DNA of 64,000 nucleotides from the human T2T-CHM13v2.0 reference genome, Homo sapiens: the NCBI RefSeq assembly GCF_009914755.1, contig NC_060927.1; one strand, written 5' to 3'. The position numbers and the translations under genes were made by a program. The notes under the pieces were generated by a model. The model made no database searches, had not been told where the DNA came from, and saw only the letters and a list, made by a program, of their open reading frames with translations. This document shows, piece after piece, positions 55,274 to 64,000 of the stretch (position 1 is its first letter; each line of letters opens with the position of its first letter).

Positions 55274-55331
55274 CATCCAGAGAGAGAAGCATCCAGAGAG
55301 AGAAGCATCCAGAGAGAGAAGCATCCAGAGA
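55274..55331. repeat. 16-bp minisatellite CATCCAGAGAGAGAAG, about 3.6 copies
   Basis: Perfect units start at 55274, 55290 and 55306. Confidence 0.92.
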
Positions 55332-55443
55332 AAAAGGAGACCCGTGTCACATCCCTTTTGGCATGCAGATGTTTCCAGATTACTTTAGGCTTTGAACATT
55401 TTCTTGAGTAGCCTTCTCTTCCCTGCTCTTGAGAACCCCGTAG

Positions 55444-56164
<721 letters not shown>

Positions 56165-57280
56165 TCCTCTACACTTTCTAGACCTTCTGTTCTACAGCTT
56201 GCTTGTGGGTGCTCATCTGGCCACCTGAACTTGAGCCCAGTGAGCAGGAGCCTGGGGCTAATGAGGCCATGGTGGTCTGTGCCTCTTCCAAAGGGCTCCC
56301 AAACAATTAGGTTCTGGCCTTGGCCAGATGTTTTACAAATGCAGCCTGGCTGGCCAAAAGGGAGGACACTCATGAGAACTGCTGGGCCAGTGCAAACCTC
56401 TCACCATGCCTACCATGCCTAGAAAAAGAATCAGAAGCTCCAGCCAAAGGAAGTACTAGAAATGAGAAGAGGGGTCCTGGCCATACCCCACAAATAGAAG
56501 AGAAGGTACAAAGAGGAGGATTATTTACCTGCACGAGCTAGACTTTTGTGCTGAATTTGAGCTCTCATCCAGCCAGAGAACTGCATGCTTGTAGTTGCTT
56601 CTCTGATTTCTGCTCTATCTCTTGTTGTGATTTAAAAATAACCAAATCTTATTTTGAGGAATTTTATATATACACAAAAGAAGCACAGAGTAATATCATG
56701 AACCCATATACCATCACCCAGCCCCAATAAGATCAATCCATGGCCAATCCTGATTCATTTACATACCTATCTATTTCCTCCTCATATTATTTTAAAGCAA
56801 GCCCCAGACATAATACTTTGTTATCCATACATTATTTAAAGACCATCACCTAAAATACGATAATTCTTTGACATCATCAAATATGCTCACATTTCCAATT
56901 TTTAAAATAAATGTCATAATTAAAAAATCCTTTCTTTATGGTCCAGATAATGTTCGTATATTATGATTGGTTGTTCTGCCTTTTAAATCTCTTATAATTT
57001 ATAGACTTCTCTCCATTTATTTATTTATTTTTTATTTTATTTTTTGTCCTTGCAATTTACTTTTTGAGAAAATCAGGATGTTTGTCATGTAGAGTTTCCC
57101 ACAGTCTATATTTTGCTGACAGCATCCGTGTGGTGTTGGCGATTTTAAAGACTCACTTCTTAGGATGCTGTCCTTCTTTCCACCACCCCTTTTGAACATT
57201 CCTTTGGGAATAAAACTTTGCCGTTTAGGCCCCCTGGCCTGTGGACTCCTGGAGAACAGGGGTCTGTCTTGTTCAGCTTT

Positions 57281-57332
57281 GGTCCTTGCAGTCACATTCA
57301 TCACCTGGGTCCTTGCAGTCACATTCATCACC
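57281..57332. repeat. Tandem duplication, 25-nt perfect match, period 27
   Basis: ggtccttgcagtcacattcatcacc at 57281-57305 and 57308-57332. Confidence 0.92.
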
Positions 57333-57659
57333 AAGTTATGCTTGGTTTGTTGATGAATCAAATGACTCAAAGAATTTTGCTCTCTTTTCTTTATATTTCT
57401 GGCATGTGCACCCTTGCACTCAGCTTATAGCAGTGTATTTTGTACAGCTGTTTTTTTCCCCACATGCATGTTCAGTGTCGAAGGACAGGACAAACTTCAT
57501 GTTAGTTTAAATACATAGACCTTTTCCCCACAGTCCTGTAGACAATGCTCAGTGCAAATCAAAATTTTTAGTCACTGTTGGTGGCTAACAGGCTGACTGA
57601 CTTTCCATTTTCTTCGGTTCCAGAATGTGTATGCTGGTGCTTTCATTCTCCTTACTAAT

Positions 57660-57911
57660 ATTTTTTTTTTATTTTTATTTTTTTCCTTTTTCTTTTTTGA
57701 GATGGAGTCTCGCTCGGCTGCCCAGGCTGGAATACAGTGGTGCGACTAGCTGGGACTACAGGTGCCCGCCACCATGCCCGGCTGATTTTTGTATTTTTAG
57801 TAGGGATGGGGTTTCACCATGTTGGCCAGGCTGGTCTTTGACCTCAAGTGATCCACCTGCCTCGGCCTCCCAAAGTGCTGGGATTACAGGTGTGAGCTAC
57901 CGCGCCTGGCC
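57660..57911 (-). mobile_element. Alu with internal deletion
   Basis: ggtgcga is joined directly to ctagctgggactac. Confidence 0.88.
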
Positions 57912-58853
57912 CTTACTAATATTTTAAGAGGTGCCTAGTTTTTAACCGAAGAGAAGGAAGTCTTCCCAGACTGTCCCTTGAATATTAAGAAAATATCTAT
58001 TTTATTTCCATAATAAAGAATTCCTTTAGAGGTTCTTCTCACTCCCACCCATACCTCCACAATTTCCTTGGGAGCGGAAGTGGTACAAAGTAATGTACAG
58101 GAGAAACTTAACATTCTATGAATAAGGGCTTGCTGGGAGAATCAAAGGAAAGCTGAGCAAGCCCCCATCGTTTAATTAACTTTGAGCATCGGCTTATTTA
58201 ACAGAGTTTGCTGTGGTAGGTATTCTCTTTTGATTTCTGTTTGTAGATGAAATTAAGTTTTCACTTAGCATAAAGAAGTAAATAAATGAATACTGATCAA
58301 CTATGGAGCTATTAGTAGATTAAAGTTTTGTGTTTCCTCACTTTTTTTTTGGATGCAATAATAAAAATCGCTAACCCTAATTGAATTCAAACAATGTAAT
58401 ATAATATGTAGTGAAAATCAGGTCTCCCTTCCACCCCAAATCTCTACTGTCTTTCCACAGAGACAATCACTGTTACTGGTTTCTGCACCTGTGGGTATGG
58501 TAATTATGTACAATGATTGTTATTATTGTATCAACAATGTGAACCTATAAAGCAGGTGGACTGGTTATCCTCCTCTTCAGACGAAGTAAATGAGGTTTGG
58601 TGGGTATTAGTGATTAGTCTAAGGCCACATGTTTATTTGAATGGCAGAGTGGAAACTCATAGCTAGCCAGTTGAGACCACCCTGCCCCCCTCCTTGCTCA
58701 TAACCACTAATTTCATCCAATCACAGTTTCATCCTGCCAAGAAACACAAAAATATGACCTATTAATATCCTCAAACAATAAACTAGAGACTATCATTTGT
58801 TGAATTGCTTGGCCGGTTTGATGGTTTGACTTTCTTTCAAAAAAGTAAAAGTA

Positions 58854-59016
58854 GGCCAGACACAGTGAATACACCTGTAATCCTAGCTACCTGGGAGGCT
58901 GAGATAGGGGGATCTCTTGAGCCCAGAGTTTGAGGCTGCAGTCAGCTATGGTCGCACTGCTGCACTCCAGCCTGGGTGACAGAGTGAGACCTGTTGCTAA
59001 AAACAAACAAACAAAG
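58854..59016 (+). mobile_element. Alu monomer (FRAM-like)
   Basis: Single arm; flanking AAAGTAAAAG repeat. Confidence 0.8.
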
Positions 59017-59157
59017 AAAGTAAAAGCATACAGCTTATGTTCTTTGTACAAAAAAAAGAAAAGGACACTATTGTTACTTTATAGGTAAATAAATTAGGAT
59101 AAGAGTAAATGGACAAAGCAAAAAGCGAGATGAGGAAGAGAAAGATGAAGAGCTTTG

Positions 59158-60668
<1,511 letters not shown>

Positions 60669-60711
60669 CTTTGTAAGAGGACCTGAGCAGAGGTTAGAGG
60701 GTGATACTTAA

Positions 60712-61090
<379 letters not shown>

Positions 61091-62065
61091 GGACACTTTT
61101 TAAAAGCAAAGCTGTTTAAAATGCAATCTTTTAAAATGTCTTAAATTTGAAAGAATTGTAAATGCACAGGGTTGAAATAATCAAACAATAACATTAAAAA
61201 TAAATTGAACTGAAAAATAAATCTCCTTTCCATCTGAATTTTGCCATCCCCTTTCCCAGAGATAAGCACTCTTACTAGTTTCTTCTAAATTTTTTTCCTA
61301 CATCAGCCATTGCTCTCAGTTCTCAACAGTAGAACTTGACAGCAGAAAAGGAGGTTACACAGTAGCTCCCAGAATCGGCTGAAGGCTGGGACACAGGCTC
61401 CATCAGGAACCAATGGAACAGTGATGTGAGGCACAGCCAAAAGCAACCATAGGGCAATTCTGCTTGGGCTGCTGCTGCTGGGCCCACTCACCAGTCTCCG
61501 GATGCCCCTCAGTGATCCCGAGGCCCAGGAAAAGTCCTTCAATGCTGCCATGCCTTTTGGTCCTTCTCTCAAGAGTCAAGATTCTGAGCTAGAGCATCTG
61601 GTTATTAGGCACATTCTAGTTGTCAGGGGCAGGGAGAGGGAACATCCCTTCCTCTTCAGTTTCCATGGATTTGGATTCTGGGAAGCCAAAATGATAACTG
61701 TTCATTTGATTTATTGAAAAAAAAAATACACACACATAAATAGATTTGCTTATTTTTTTTTTAAACAAATGGGAGAGTTCTTTAAATGCTGGTCTGCCTC
61801 TTGATTTTTTTTTAACTTAATGAAATATCAGCAATATATCTTGAACATTTTTCAGTACCAGTGCATATAGATCTACTTTGTTCTTTTTCCTGGCTCCATT
61901 GTATTCCACTGTATTGAAGGCTGGAATTTATTTCACCACCCTAGAGAGTCTTCCAAATCCAGCCTGGCCAGGCAATGCTTCTGGCAGTAGAACTGCTAAT
62001 TCTGTCTTGCTGTTCTTAGGCCAACATTGACCACAGACTCTGTCCTGGGTTGCAAAAGGGTGATT

Positions 62066-62520
62066 GTAGCAGATAATGTTGGTGTCCTGCCCACCTCTGT
62101 TACCACTTCATTGCAACTGGGCTTGACTTACCATTGCTGTTCTTGTACTTATTTGTCTTAGGGCTTTCTGTGATGATCAGAGTCTGCTTTGCCCATCTGC
62201 CCTGCAAGTCTGAAATGCTGGAAAATTAACATTGCCTGCCCTCTCCCCCAATCTGTCCTCAACCAATAATGAAAAAGAGTTGGAGTATAAATACCCCAGC
62301 TCTCTCACTCCTCAGGAGGAATAACTGAAAAGTATGTTCTACCCTGGCTCCCAGATTTTCCCAGAGCAATCAAACTTCAGTTACCCATAGTGGCTGCCTT
62401 GCTTCTCAATCTTTTTCCCCCATTCCTCTATTAGTGTTTCCTGGATCACCTCCCAAGTAAACCACTTGCACTAGAATTCTTTTCTTAGGGTCTATTTCTA
62501 GGGAAACACAAATGAAAGCA
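62066..62520 (+). mobile_element. ERVL LTR (LTR16-like)
   Basis: tgtagcagat start, cctcaaccaat...gtataaataccccagct promoter core, cacctcccaagtaaaccacttgcact...agggtct 3' end. Confidence 0.6.
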
Positions 62521-62903
62521 GTGATGATGAAGAAGGGGAGACATGGAAAGAAACTCATTTATTTATTCATTCCTTTAATAATTATTTACTGAGATCCATA
62601 GTCAAAGACAAGTAAAGGAGAATGTGAAGAAATGTAGACAAGGGGAACAAATGCTTCCCTTTCAAGGCATAAAAGCAAACGCTAAAAAATGAAGTGGGTA
62701 GCAAGAATACCTTTCTTGACACTGCTTAACACATTGCTGCCCAATCCACCACTGATCATGTGCTGTTCCTTTGGGAAGAAATGGAATAAGAACGGTGAGT
62801 AGCAGAATTCAGCTTTCTAAGCGTAGTGACTTGGCCATATCTATCATCTGTTCAAAGCCTGAAACATGTGGCAGGCTCTTAAATCCTTAAGAAATTAACA
62901 GTA

Positions 62904-63480
<577 letters not shown>

Positions 63481-64000
63481 ACCTATGAGAACCTATGCTC
63501 ACAACCTCTTCCTTCTATTCACTCCTGTGATACCTGTTGCCCAATGGTCTACAAATCCTGTGGTCTCTTGCTTTCATCTTTACTTCAATATTTTAAATAG
63601 AGTGGTTTGAGCTCCATCCTTTGTAATAACAAGATCTAGCCCTCCTTATTCTCAGAGATCATCTTTCTCTAATTTACTGGGAGAGGAATGAGTGCTTGTT
63701 TCAAGATCAACTCCTAAGTCTCTAGTTCCACCTCTGCCCTCAGTTCACTTTGTGAAAGTTTCTTCCCTAGGACAGCACCAACTTTTCCTTGTGCTCTCCA
63801 AGAGAATATTAACCCAAGACTGTGTGTATAGCAGCCTTGTTACGGAAGTTTGAAGATGACAAAGAGTAGATGCAACCTGAAGTTTATTAATTGTCATTTA
63901 ATTAGGGCTCGGAAGAGTTCAGATTTTCCAAATACATTGTGATGTCAGTACCCTTCATATGCCCTGGAATTTTTAATCTATAATCTTGATGTCTTATTTT

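Overview
Primate (human-like) genomic DNA. It matches from memory the chr3p14.2 FEZF2 locus; this was not checked by alignment. The window holds the last two coding exons and 3' UTR of CEP15/C3orf14 (+ strand, about 2.8-7.7 kb). It also holds the complete FEZF2 gene (- strand, about 41.2-45.0 kb): four coding exons summing to 1380 nt (459 aa plus stop), an eh1 repressor motif, a 16-Gly tract and six C2H2 zinc fingers. FEZF2 lies in a roughly 19.6 kb Alu-free, CpG-island-rich zone with SOX/homeodomain/POU motif clusters. The flanks are dense in Alu, L1, L2, MIR, MaLR/ERVL LTR and hAT fossils. I see no new protein-coding gene or prokaryote-type system. The best leads are regulatory: seven uATGs in FEZF2 exon 1, including a junction-spanning uORF whose stop codon doubles as a tandem splice acceptor; a frame-preserving, stop-free intron 3; a cluster of minus-strand splice donors just past the FEZF2 polyA site; an upstream orphan donor; an unexplained 68-bp dispersed duplication; and repeated Alu insertion into the same target sites. 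Repeat subfamily names and boundaries were called by eye and are approximate.
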